Of a stretch of DNA of 64,000 nucleotides, positions 1 to 13,224 are shown one piece after another. The notes beneath the pieces were generated by a model. It ran no database searches. It was not told where the DNA came from and was given only the letters and a program-made list of their open reading frames with translations. Position 1 is the stretch's first letter; each line of letters begins with the position of its first letter. Made by a program: the position numbers and the translations under genes. The stretch lies in contig OX597818.1 of the NCBI GenBank assembly GCA_951406725.2, positions 141,732,001 through 141,796,000 of the forward strand, in the 5' to 3' direction. This DNA is from Octopus vulgaris. Taxonomy: Eukaryota.

Positions 1-260
1 TATGAATGTATGTATGTATGTATGTATGAATGTATGTATGTATGCATGTATGTATGTATGTATGTATGTATGTATGAATGTATGTATATATGAATGTATG
101 TATGTATGTATGTATGCATGCATGTATGTATGTATGTATGAATGTATGTATATATGAATGTATGTATGTATGTATGCATGTATGTATGTATGTATGTATG
201 TATGTATGCATGCATGTATGTATGTATGTATGTATGAATGCATGTATGTGCGTATGCATG
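1..260. repeat. (TGTA)n-type microsatellite
   Basis: Imperfect tatg/tgta tetramer array; ORF 78..278 is its translation. Confidence 0.95.
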
Positions 261-1218
261 AGGAAATACAAATGTTGATGACTATATGGTAATGTGAATA
301 AGTAAATGCTAAGTACTTGTACATTATATATGTACTGTCAAAATTTTGTATACTATTATAGATAGATATGGATATATATCTATATAATAACAAATTTATA
401 TATACACTCATGAATATGCATATACACATGTGCATGCACAGTTTTCTTTTGCACTTCCTCAATTTTCAAATTTCTTTATATCTTTAAATCTAAATTTTTT
501 TAATTGCTTCAGCTTCAAAGCTGCGGTCATGGATTTGTTAGACGGAAACTGAAAAAGCCCATCATATACATGTTTGTGTGTGTGGGGGGATGAGTGTCTG
601 TATTTGTCCCCTCACCGCTTGACAACCGGTGTTAGTGTGTTTACGTCCCCATAACTTAATGGTTCGGCATCAAGTTTAAAACTTGATGTACGTATGCATG
701 TGTACATGTGTGTGTTTTTTTACATTTATGTTTATGTTTAAGTTTGTATATGTGTCATATCAAGAAAGTAGTCATAATCAAGGAAGGGGTGTAGACTTAG
801 TTAACTCTTACAGGATAGTCATGACTGGAAAATAGTCATGCTTTCGCTACCCCAACTTAATCTCCAACACACATTTCGCTAACCATTAGCATTGCTGCAT
901 TTGCTTCCAAGACCCCGAACAAAACATGCTTCGTCCCTTCCTATGCTTGTAACCCATTGAAATCTCCTCTGGACCCACATTATTTTCATATAAAACCAAT
1001 CTACAAAGGTTCAACTTCAACATTCGCCTCATAAGTTTCAATAATCGTGAGAAAACACAAAATCATTAGGCAATTCTCCCCTCCTCTCATGCACATAGGT
1101 CAGTGGTTAGAGCCATGTGTATATGTATATATATATATATATATTGCGTGTGTGTGTGCGCGTGTGCGCATGCGTCTTTAGCACCTTTTTCAGAGACACG
1201 TATGCTACGCTTTTCAGT

Positions 1219-1590
1219 CTGTAGCTTCGCATGAGCGAGGCTACAGCGATTGAATTAACCTTCGCCTACAAAAGAGTTCCATATTTTCTTTTGTGAACAA
1301 CAATCACCTTCAGCTGATCTCAGCTACCATAGCTATCTCGAGTGCATTTCTTCGGTTGTATAGGTTGTAAACCTGTCTCCTACAGGAAATATCGCACTCA
1401 GCTTGCTGGAAAGTCGTGTCAATAATGAAGCTCCATGGCCTCTTTTGACAAGGGATTAATCAACAAATGTCTGGTGATTGGGCTCTGCACTCGGTGAGAA
1501 ATGTTAAGTCTGTCTTCTATGAGCTCTGCCAGGATGATTGTTATGAGTTCCTAGCCAGAAGAATCACGTCTGGTTGAAAATATGTTACTA
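1219..1590 (-). mobile_element. 3' remnant of an RLE-type (HERO/R2-like) non-LTR retrotransposon
   Basis: Minus strand gives QPDVILLARNS then, after a frameshift, TIILAEL, resembling the PD-(D/E)xK restriction-like endonuclease; 12-bp hairpin ctgtagcttcgc-atga-gcgaggctacag at 1219-1246 in the putative 3' UTR. Confidence 0.5.
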
Positions 1591-1607
1591 ACATTTCTTC
1601 CTCTGTC

Positions 1608-1767
1608 CACTAGCGTAGCTGAAGTTTGTGCCACCCTTGGCGGCCCTTCCATCTGCCGCCCTCGGACCCCGCAAAAAGCACATAATGCCGACAGCAGACC
1701 CAAAAGCGAGTCTCTTTAAAAGTACCACCCGGCGTGGACCGCCCCTACCCGCCCAGCTACGCAAGTC
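1608..1767. mobile_element. hAT-like MITE (160 bp)
   Basis: TIR cactagcgtagctg / cagctacgcaagtc; perfect 8-bp TSD CCTCTGTC at 1600-1607 and 1768-1775. Confidence 0.8.
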
Positions 1768-1825
1768 CCTCTGTCAGAACGATACATTTATGTGTGTGTG
1801 TGTGCGTATATATATATATATATAT

Positions 1826-2015
1826 AGGGAACGTTTACGAAAAAAAAACAAAAGACGAAGACAGGTGGTGTACAAAACAAACAGATGTATTAGTATAGCG
1901 CTCGGGAATAGAAAAAGTATTTTACGTTTCGAGCCTACGCTCTTCTACAGAAAGGGACACAGAAAAAAACAAGGAGAGAAAAAATGTGTGTAGTGGCTAA
2001 TGATCTATCATGGCG

Positions 2016-2017
<2 letters not shown>
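1826..2017 (-). mobile_element. Short PLE terminal/pseudo-LTR-like fragment with a degenerate minimal hammerhead (1920-1953)
   Basis: Flanked on both sides by (TA)n; minus strand TTT-CTGTAGA-A-GAGC-gtag-GCTC-GAAA-CG-TA-AAA (core A6 changed to U). Confidence 0.5.
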
Positions 2018-2059
<42 letters not shown>

Positions 2060-2074
2060 AGAGACAGACAGGAA

Positions 2075-2397
2075 TAGAAAGGAAATCATGAAATTTATGA
2101 AGATTGGGAAAACGGAGATTTACATATCCAAGTTTTGTTATACAATTATTTACATCGTTCTTCACTTAGACCTACGTGCGTTTCCGCTGCACAGATGATA
2201 TCCGAACAGTAGCAACAAACGACCTTGATGAAGTTACACCGATAATTAACACAAGATGCACATTTAACAGTGTGCAGCGGCTTGCAGTGTAAATGCTTAG
2301 GTCTAAGGGATGAACGAAGTAAATAAATGTATAATAAAACTTGAATATGGAACCTCCGTCTCCTGATGATCATTAATTTCATGAGTATCTCTACGTA
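2075..2397. mobile_element. Long foldback/palindromic MITE-like element
   Basis: 2085-2175 is an imperfect reverse complement of 2290-2385; inner stem ccgctgcaca/tgtgcagcgg. Confidence 0.65.
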
Positions 2398-2889
2398 AAC
2401 TCTGTAGAGTTTCATCAACACTCATCGTGGCTAGCCGGCTTTCAGAACCGATAAGAGATAAAACGGTAACCGCCAGGATTACATATACCTCGAAACCAAT
2501 TTTGGAGATATATATACATACATGTCCCCCTACATGGCCTTGCTTTTTGCTTTTTGAGCCAAAAAATTAACTAATTAACTAACTAACATATACATGTATA
2601 GTTCTGGAAGTGGAAGAGATGTTAATAACATCTTTTCGTCAGACATAGTGCCAAACGCACACAACGGTGTTACCGTCGTGAAACCAGGATTTTCTATACT
2701 TGAAGAATTTTGATATTGGTCTGGAACCGACAGCGTTAATAGCCCAAAACTCGAGTTGAGTGCTTCTCTGGGAATACCCTACCAAGGCTTGAGATGTGTG
2801 TATGTTTGTGTGTTAGTGCGTGTCAGTGTGTGTACCAGTGTATGTGCGCGCGTGTGTGTGTGATAAGAATTACAAATATAATTTAATAA

Positions 2890-3030
2890 TAGCTGAATTC
2901 ATACATCTTAGAATTTTATAGGCTCGTAGAAAGTACCTCATCAAATATCTAGAGTAGAGTCCTTGAGATACGGTATGATATAGGTTCGTCCTACGAGCCT
3001 ACAAAAGTCAGAGTTGTACAGAGCTCAGTC
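2890..3030. repeat. Small imperfect palindrome (MITE-like)
   Basis: ttttataggctcgtag pairs with ctacgagcctacaaaa; pairing extends outward with mismatches. Confidence 0.55.
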
Positions 3031-3074
3031 AAACTGCTACTAATTACACATATATATAACATATATATATATAT

Positions 3075-3119
<45 letters not shown>

Positions 3120-3287
3120 GTATTTGTATTTTTATATACATATAACATACATATATTCACACACATATTGTAGCGAACATTTTTTGTTAGCCCTGTAAAA
3201 GAACTTGGATGGTTGAACCACCAACCACACCTTTCGCGAGACAAAGCCAGGAACTTTTTAGCACCCCCTTGTATGTAACTGTATGTG

Positions 3288-3318
<31 letters not shown>

Positions 3319-3363
3319 GTATCTTTTAGATATATATACATATATATATATACAAACATGCAC

Positions 3364-3395
<32 letters not shown>

Positions 3396-3406
3396 CGCAC
3401 ACATGC

Positions 3407-3442
<36 letters not shown>

Positions 3443-4651
3443 ATAGATATATATATATATACGCGTGCGTTTGTATAAAAGAATTATCTGATGCCATCCA
3501 ACATAAAATCTTGGTTCATCAAAAGAAAGTTCCCTTCAAGAGAACTATGAATTCCCCTGTGGCAATCGTAACCAACTTTATGTAAAGAGAGAATCTCAAG
3601 AATGAAGAATTCTTCGAAATTGTGTGTGTGCGCTTTTATGCGTATGCAAGTGTAGTTATGTGTAAGTGTGTGTGTGCTTGTGTGCATGTATGCATATTTC
3701 TACGTGTATGCGTGGCGTGTAAGTATATTTGTGCGTGCGTGCGTGTGTGTGCGTTTATGTATATTTATGCGTACGTATGTGTGCGTGTATGATATTTGAC
3801 ATTCTCGTGTATATATGTAGATATTGATACATGCGTGTTTTGTATTCATATACCGATAGATAAAGACACACGCACAAGTTCTTCTATGTGTGTGCAAACA
3901 TGTAAGCGTGAATATGTGTGAATGATTGTGTACGAACATATGTATTTGTGTGAGTGTGTATGAACGCGCGTATGTGTGTACGAGTGTGTGTCCTTGTCTG
4001 TCAAATTAATGTCCAAGATGGCTTACATGCGTTGATATAAAACAGAGGAAAATATAACAATTACGTTTTGCGAAAATTATTAAAGTCAAATAAAAAAAAA
4101 TTATGAAGTTCCATTATATAGCATTTATTACATTTTAATGTATTTTCAAACTTTTGTCACTTGTAATGGCATATTGAAAGTACACTCTACACACCAAACC
4201 ACACACACTCCTCTTTCTCCCTCTTTCAAATGCACACACACGCGCATACACATAGACACACTCACACACACACACACATATATATATGCATAAATAGATA
4301 TATATATATGTGAGTGTGTGTGTGTGTATTTATATATATATAAATTGTATGAATATATGAATATATGTGTATATACGCATATATATATATCTATATTTCA
4401 ATATATGCGTATATACGTTTCATAGATGCATGTATAATATATGTATATGTATATATATTCTTGTATGTATTTGATATATGTGTGTGTATATTATATTTGC
4501 GTACTTATATAGGTGTGTGTAATACATATACTAATATAAGCATATATAGTCATGTATATACATTCACGCAATATGTATTGATGTTGTATATATATATATA
4601 TATATATACATACATACATACATATGTATATGTATATATGTGTGTTTATAC

Positions 4652-4738
<87 letters not shown>

Positions 4739-6155
4739 CACGCACACATATATGTATGTGTATAATATATATTTTAATATGTATTCGTAGTTATGTATAT
4801 ATACGTATATATATATCCAATCTTTTTTTGTCTTGTTTTGTTTTTTGTATATGTGTTGTTTTTTTTTCGCTGACTACATTCCGTTAGTTTTCAGCATTAT
4901 TAACATTATTTAACTCATTAACCAATCATGGCAGCTTCATTTGATTTTCTAGAAAGCCGCATCAATAACATCAACAATAAAGTAGAATTATAAATTCTCA
5001 TTTTTGCCATCAGCTAATAATAATTCGCATTAGATAACGCCTGACTAACTTTTCTATTTCTAAACCGTTCACGCCTGAATACCTCTGGAGGTTGTTGCAA
5101 CGATTGTTTCTAGATTTATGCTTGAAATCGAAGAAAAGGAACGCAAAGATACAAAAAACTGAAAGAGAAGACAAGACGAGATTAGCTTCAGGCAAGATAA
5201 TCAAGTAAAGAATTAGCCGTATATTACTAATGTTTTAATCACCACAGCAATTGTTTGGTTGGTGTCTTATAATGAATGTCGATCAAATAGATGGTTATGT
5301 AGAATTTTATGTGTGTGTGTATATGTTAGTATGATGGAATACGTACAGGTTTAGTTTTTAAGTATGGCTATGTGGATGAGACGTTCAATCTAATCAATTA
5401 CGTGGATTCGAGTTCGATATCTCACAGCGTTTGATAAGTGCTTTAATTCAAAAGCTTCGGATAGAGTAAAACTTTCTGTTGGGCGATGGTATGGAAGTGT
5501 GGTAATGAGCTTTACTTCACTACTATGAGGTTTTAGTCTCGTTCTCACGATATGGCATGTTGGACGAGTGCTTTTATACCATAATCTCAGGTCGATCCAA
5601 AACCTTGTGAACGAAATTTCGTAGATTTAAACTGAAAAGATGGCAGGTTCAAATCTTTAAAGTGTTTCTACTCCAGCGTATTAATCACTTAAAAGTTTGG
5701 ATTATCCCCATAAAATCTGGGATAAAGCAATATTAAAAAAAACAACAGCAGCAACAACGCTGATTGCAACAAAAGCAACAACAGCAGAACAACAACAACG
5801 GCGACAACAACAACACCAGCAGTTCATTTACAATAACAATTGCAACGAACAACAGTAACCACAACAACTACTATACAACACAGCAGCAGCAACACTTATG
5901 ACAACAACTACAATACCAACAACAATATAACAGTATCAACAACCACAACAGTGAGCAGAATATTGATGACAAGCCAAAAAGTAGTCTCAAAAGTGATTAC
6001 TAGATCTGCTAGAAACAGTAGTAAAAATCTTAAAATCATATTTTAGTAGCTTCACAAAAAGAATAATTATGTACTCGGTATAATGTACAGGTGGTGCCCC
6101 AGCATGGCCACAGCCTTAGGGCTGAAACATACAAAAGAATAAAAGAATATATATT

Positions 6156-6305
6156 TGGCTGAGGTAAGAAGCTTACTTCCCAACCACACGGATCCGAGTT
6201 CAGTCCCACTGTGTGACACCTTACGTAAGTGACTTCTATAGCCTCGGGCCAACTAAAACCATGTGAGTAGATTTGGTAGACAGAAACTGAAAGAAGCCCA
6301 TTGCA

Positions 6306-6345
<40 letters not shown>

Positions 6346-6500
6346 GTCTACCCACCATCGCTTGACAACCGATGTTGGTGTATTTACACCACCACCCCCC
6401 GTCGCTTAGTGGTTCAGCAAAAAGTCGATTTCTCCGACTAAAAGGCGGTGTTCCAGCATGGCCGCAGTCAAACGACGGAAACAAATAAAAGAATAAAAGA
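6156..6500 (+). mobile_element. tRNA-derived SINE, family A (diverged copy)
   Basis: Same head, internal (TG)n and cagcatggccgcagtcaa...aaaagaat tail as the copies at 27796 and 32561. Confidence 0.8.
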
Positions 6501-6513
6501 ATATGTATGTATG

Positions 6514-6549
<36 letters not shown>

Positions 6550-6568
6550 CATACATATATATATATGC

Positions 6569-6632
<64 letters not shown>

Positions 6633-7585
6633 GTGAGAGACAGATATTCTCTGTATAGAATACATTTATTAGTACTCAAAAGATTTAAATTTGAGCAGAT
6701 ATATATTTATATATATAATGCATACTAATTATACACATATATATGGATATATTTACATAGTATAATATTAAATATATATAAAGGTACAGGCATAAAATTT
6801 ATATCTTTATATATGTACACGTGTATGAATAGGTCTTTGCGAGTATGTATACATATAACATAAATGGGTGTGTGTGTGTGTGTATGAGGTTGGTGCAAAA
6901 GGAACATTTTCATATAGCTTTTTTCTTATCTTGCTGATTGAACTATGTGTGTGTATAAGTGTGTGTTTGTGCCTGCTTCAGTGTGTGTGTGTGTGTGTGT
7001 GTGTGGGTGTGTGTTTGGGTGTGTGCGCGCGCTTTATCAAAATGTCATATGAAATTGCTGCAAAATTTATTTATGGTGCTTCTCTTAAATTCAATATAAA
7101 AAAATCTAAATTATTTTACTACTAACTATATGTATGTATCTTTTTCCTCACACTTTATATAATAAATTATCTTCGGTATATATGACGTATATTTTCTGTT
7201 GGGAACTGATATTTGTATGTTGAACAAGGGGGAGCTGAATTGCAAATTTTGCGGGACTTGTCAAAACTATAAATCAATATGGTGGGATCTAAGTGTTCCG
7301 CAACTTCTAAACACAGCAATTCCCTATGGCTGTTTTAGTATTTGATGTTGTAGTTGGTGGTTTATCCAGGTTAGCGCTGATCGACCAGATCGATTAATAT
7401 AGGTATTCCAACCTTGATTACCACCCTGTCTTTCATTTTTTTTTTTTTTTTGCCAATGTGGTCCAATGTATTCTTTCTTTATTAAAGATAGTAAGGTGCA
7501 ATTTGAGGGTGATTTGGCTGTTATTTCAAACATGTCAGAGACTACATAAGAGCATCCCCGTTAATATAGTTCCACTCAAGGGGCG

Positions 7586-7800
7586 TAACTATTGATTTCA
7601 AATTTTGTCTCAAGGCCAGCAATTTCGGAGGAGTGAGCTGGTCGATAACATTAACCCCAAATGCTCAACAGGTATTTAGTTTATCGACCACGAACGGATG
7701 AAGGGAAAAGTCAACCTCGACGGTATTTGAACTCAGTATGTAAAGACAGACGAAATATCGCTAAACCCGGAGTGGTAACGATTGTGCCAGCTCACCGCTT
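7586..7800 (-). mobile_element. tRNA-derived SINE, family B (Meta-domain-like)
   Basis: Reverse complement of ggcggcgagctggca...gagttcaaat...gacttt...catcc...gataaa...tacc. Confidence 0.75.
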
Positions 7801-7830
7801 TAAGTAACGTAAATAATAAATGAAAATTTG

Positions 7831-8010
7831 AGGCGGCGAGGTGGCAAAATCGTTAGCATACCAGAGAAACATCTTAGCGGCATTTCAAATTCTGCCGAGG
7901 GAGACTTTGTCTTTCATCCTTTCAGGACTGATAAAATAAGTACCAGCTGAGCACTGGGGTAGATGTAATCGACTCATGCCCTCACTCTTGTGCCAAAATT
8001 TGAAATCAAT
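7831..8010 (+). mobile_element. SINE family B, head-to-head with the previous copy
   Basis: ggcggcgaggtggcaaaatcgttagca...gactttgtctttcatcctttcaggactgataaaataagtaccag. Confidence 0.8.
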
Positions 8011-8735
8011 ATTAATTGAAACTTTAATACAGGCTACTCCAAGAATATAAATAAAGAGTTAGTAACAAGTTGAATCACGGAACTCTTATTTTAGAGACAG
8101 TCAGGGAACACGACGTCGACAGTTAAAATGTTCTACAGCAATTAAATTTATTCTGGAAGCTCGAAAAGATTTATGTGTTTAGTTCCACTTTTACTTTTAA
8201 CAATATCATGGAATATATTACGAGAATTACACGTTAGTAATTTTCTGTCTTCGGATATGGAATAAATGCTGACAGAAAATTTAACATATGATAATAGGAG
8301 GCATACAATGTCGTATTTTAATAGGCCGAGATCCCGAAATATATTTTGAGATATAGTTTCAGTCAAAGAATGTAATAATTATTTTATAGGAAATAATGGA
8401 AGGATTGAGTTACATGAACTTTTTCTAACAGTAGATAACCATTGTTTCGAACTGGAAAATAGCCATTTTTAGTCAACTGTAAAGAGATTTTTCGTCTGTT
8501 GAACAATGCTCAGCTGTATATTGCGTTAATGCATCTTTCGTCAACGGGTGTTCACCTTTTCAGGCATTTTTTAATATTATTTACTGTGGCATAAAAATTC
8601 TTCAACTGTACTGAACTCTAACATGACCTCCTCCGAAAGACCAGAGATTCCATTAATCTAATAATAATTATTATTTTTTTTTTCATAAACGTTTTTTTTT
8701 TCTTTTTCGTGAAACTGCATGTTTTCGTTTTCAAC

Positions 8736-8774
<39 letters not shown>

Positions 8775-9172
8775 GTCTGCATGTGTGAAGTATGAACTAT
8801 ATTACGAAACACCATACAGCGCAAAAATAAATACAATATACCACATAAAAGAAAATATTCTCAGGCTTGACATAATAATTTCAGAACTATAAAACTCCAG
8901 TTTAAGAGATGGAATTTTTTTTTTTTTTAATCTTCTACTTCGGTGCGGTTAGAACCATGAAAGCTTCCTTAATCAGTCAATTTTTCTCGGTCGAAATTCT
9001 AAAACAAGGCTACAACTATTTTCTTATATAGAATCAATTTGTAATTCCTGTGGTGTATTATGCAATTTTCTTCCTATACAGATGATATGTTCGATTGTTA
9101 TTTATACTTTCTCCTTAGGAGAATATTATTATCAGCCTAACAATACTAGAAATAGTTTCTCCTAAGATTATT

Positions 9173-9173
9173 C

Positions 9174-9269
<96 letters not shown>

Positions 9270-9294
9270 CAGACAGATAGACAGACAGATAGAC

Positions 9295-9373
<79 letters not shown>

Positions 9374-9382
9374 TAGATAGAT
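9173..9382. repeat. (TAGA)n microsatellite
   Basis: Long agat/agac array. Confidence 0.95.
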
Positions 9383-9973
9383 ACCCACAAAAACACACAC
9401 ATATAAATAGTGTGTGTGTGTGTGTCTACATTTAGATATACGACTACTGCTATATGAGAACTCCAGTCGGCTTATATTATAGCTGTTAGTAGACCAATGT
9501 ACTGAGCAATGTTACTATTTATGGCATACAGGGTATACGTAATGGAAATTAAAGGAAGCACCAATAAAAATATTTATTTCCTACGTACGTTTCATAATTT
9601 CAGTTATTTGGAAAACTTTATTGCATTCTGTTGCAGTAAAAAGTCGCCTTGATCATCCATTGCAGTTAGGCATCCAGATGCACTTGGAACATCCAATGCT
9701 GGGTCCCAATACTGTGGCTAAATGAAAGAGGCGAATATGTACTCATTAGAAATAGGAGAAAGCATTTATTCGCTTGTTGTAATTGTTGATTTCCTCACTT
9801 GCTATTCAGAGTATCATCGCTCGATTTAGATCTTTCGAGTAACAAATAAAAATCACTTGAAACACATTCACTCGAAGATTTCTTTATAATTAACCTGAAT
9901 ACAAACAGTATTTATCCACTCTACACAACGTATTGCTCACTCCCATTGGTTTCTGGTGTGGTGGAGGTGGAGT

Positions 9974-10026
<53 letters not shown>

Positions 10027-12155
10027 TTTAAGCTATTTGATATAATTTACGGGAAGCTGAATTTTTATTCTGTCGCTGCTCCAAGTTCAAGGAGATGTTT
10101 GACTGTATAGAAGATGACAATCTAACTAAAAAGTGTTATGTTGCTTTTTGTTTCTTTTTGTTTCTTTTTTTTTACATCTTTTACTCAAAAGAGAAAACAG
10201 TGCTGGTGATCCGTTAAGAGTTTCCGAACGTGTTGGAAAGCAAAAGAGAAGAATAGCTGTATTCTCAAACTGACCCATTGCTTGTAATTGAATGGATTAC
10301 ATTAAAGGTACCCATGGTCTTGGTGATGGTCTCAAAACAGACGACCGATTAAGTTCACCACCGAAGTAGGCTATAGTGAGATTTGAACTCAGAACGCAAA
10401 GAGCCGGAACAATTACCACTAGGTATTCGATCCGACAAGAAAGTCCACCAATCCGTCAATCTACCACTTTGCATTGGTGCTTTTTTTATTGACCCGATAG
10501 GAAGAAAGGATGAAGTTAACCTCGTTCTATTTGGACTCAGCGTAGGGAATCGAAAAAAGATATCGTAAGGATTCTGTCCAACGCTTTAATGATTCGGCCA
10601 GTTCGTCGTCTCAACGATTTGATCCACATCAATATTATTCTTGGACTACAATCAACTTCATACAATTCTCAGATAGAGTCAAATGAATATCTAATATCGG
10701 AAATTGCGATATTTTCAGATTTAGAGCCGTATTTTCGCTCCAATGGTTTTAATTGAAAACATTTTTTAAACAATGATTTAATAAATACTTTTTCTATTTT
10801 AACAAACACTCTCTCCCTTTCTCTTTATCTCTTTCTTATTCTTCCTCTCTCTCTCGCTCACTCGCTTTGCTATCTCTATCTCGTTATTTCTTTCTCACGC
10901 TCACCAATCTAATTTGTCTCTCATTTTCTCCTCTCTTCTCTCTCTTTTTCTCCTACTTTTGTGAATGTGTGTATATATAAATAAATAAGGCTCTTACTGA
11001 AATAGCCAAATAGATGAATAAGTAGCGAGTCAAGACTTCACCATCCAAAGACCACACTCTTAAGGCAAAAGCACCTGCGGTGAGGGCGCCGTTTTCTAAG
11101 TTGAGTCAAGCCTCTGCCTGGGTGATGGAAGAGGATTTGCAATGTAAATTCTTTTCCGAATATTCGGTAGAAACATCACTCCAGCCAGACATAGATTTTC
11201 TAAACGGGAGTGCAAAAACTATGATCGTGGCCGAATTATGTTCGAATTACGTTTACCAAACTTACATTTCTTACCAACTGAAAAAAGATAAGTACCAGGA
11301 CTTGGTTGATGGGTATTTTCGCGAAAGGATAGCACGCAGCTTCATTCCCCATTGAAATCTGCTGACGTAGTTTCCCAAATAGACAGAAAAAATAGCTTGG
11401 TTTGTAACCCCAGAAACTAAAGAAGGCCACGAAGGAGATAGTTATGGTAGCTAAAAGTAGCTCAAGGCGATTGGAGCCTTTCTGTAGGCAAATGCTAATT
11501 CACTCCTCATAACCCCACTTAGGTGAAGCGTACAGACTAAAAGACGAAATTCTTGTGCCCAGAGATACTTAAAACGTACAAAGTATATGTCCTACTGATG
11601 GAGTATCTGCAAAGATATTTAGTCACCTAGAAATAGAAACTAAATCACTCCCAGATCCTATATTCTACTACTGAAGCATAAGAAGCCTTCGGATTCCTCT
11701 ATCCATTTCAGAAAATGCATTCTTTCCTGCGAAAGTCATATGTTGTTGACGTCAACAGCACACAATATATGCGAGTATATGTGTGTGTGCGCGCGCATAC
11801 GTTTGTGTGTGCGTATATACCTAAATATATATTTACTTCAAATATTTCACACCTTGAAACTGGATTCCTATATATATATATATATAATGTCTCTTCTATT
11901 ATAAGTTTCGCATGTATGTTTGTATATATTTTTAATTTGTTTTAACTACTGGAATAATATATTTTGAAAGTTTGTCTGAAGATTTACAGTCGGGATATGT
12001 CCTACACGTTAATACATGTTTATTCTGTTATGAACTAAATATATTTTTATAATTATTCATATCTATATGCATATTCACAAAATGTATTTTCCATATTGTA
12101 ATGAAGCACAGAATTAAAATGGTACCCCATATGCCAGTTTTTGTCTTAACACATA

Positions 12156-12296
12156 TTAGGTTGTCCCAAAAGTTCGTAAACACTTGCGAAAATTGAATTT
12201 TTACTCGCCAAGTACTAACAAAAACAACAAAAATTATTCCTCAAAATAAAGACCATTATTTTCCAAGACTTTCTACGAACTTTTGGGACAACCTTA
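12156..12296. mobile_element. mariner-type MITE (141 bp)
   Basis: TIR ttaggttgtcccaaaagttcgta / tacgaacttttgggacaacctta; TA on both flanks. Confidence 0.85.
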
Positions 12297-12358
12297 TATT
12301 ACTCTTCATACATGCACACACACGCACACATATATGAATATAAAGAGGAAAAGAGTTG

Positions 12359-12408
<50 letters not shown>

Positions 12409-12801
12409 CAATACGTAATAACTTTAGTAGGTATACTCTATAGAGATATCTATGATGCTGTGTTTAGCTTCCTATTGTTAGTTCAATGTAATTGTATATG
12501 AGTGAATGTCAACCAGTCCGCTTCCGCTCAGCTTCGTTACTCTATCCGGGGAAATTAAAAAGAAACTTTGATTGTGTAATTAAATTTGTTGTCTAAGTAA
12601 AGAGGAATGAAAGTATTCTGTATCCTGTATTTTCGTCTTTCTAAATTTTGCATTTTTCATTTAATTTTTGTGGTTGAGTCTTGAAGTCTTTTATAAAGAA
12701 ATTTGTTCACTAACATTTGTGCGCGAGAAATATTCATTACGGTTGCTTTTGTAACTTGTGATGTGAGGTAACTACCGTTATATATATGTGTATATTCAAG
12801 T

Positions 12802-12892
<91 letters not shown>

Positions 12893-12963
12893 AAGAGAAG
12901 CATTAACGGCATCGACCTCAGTGATCTAGGACGCCTGCGTGATTCATAGAAACAGTCGCAGAG

Positions 12964-13001
<38 letters not shown>

Positions 13002-13224
13002 TGAAAGTCTATGCGAATTATTTAATACAGCTGTGAAGTCTAAAGATGATTTTTTTTTAATGTTATCAAATCTTTTGGGGAACAAGTTTTTCTGGTATGT
13101 GAGCAATTTCAATTAACCCTTTCAAAAACATGTGCTCTTAAAGAGGAAGTTGTTATTTTTGTAGTCGTGGTAGTATTAATTATTTCCGGTTTATTTTCGA
13201 ACTTATGGTTTTAGTCATATTCTT

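Noticed and set aside
2168-2303. Possible hammerhead (GAAA-CGCACG-TA on the minus strand)
   Set aside because: No CUGANGA-like core at the right position; the pairing is explained by the larger palindromic element
11040-11540. Possible LINE 5' remnant with an HDV-like ribozyme near 11485-11530
   Set aside because: I could not assemble the nested double pseudoknot by eye, and no protein motif supports it
12895-12965. Degenerate HHR-like strings here, at about 20430-20458 and at about 49310-49360
   Set aside because: Several core nucleotides are altered; too decayed to call
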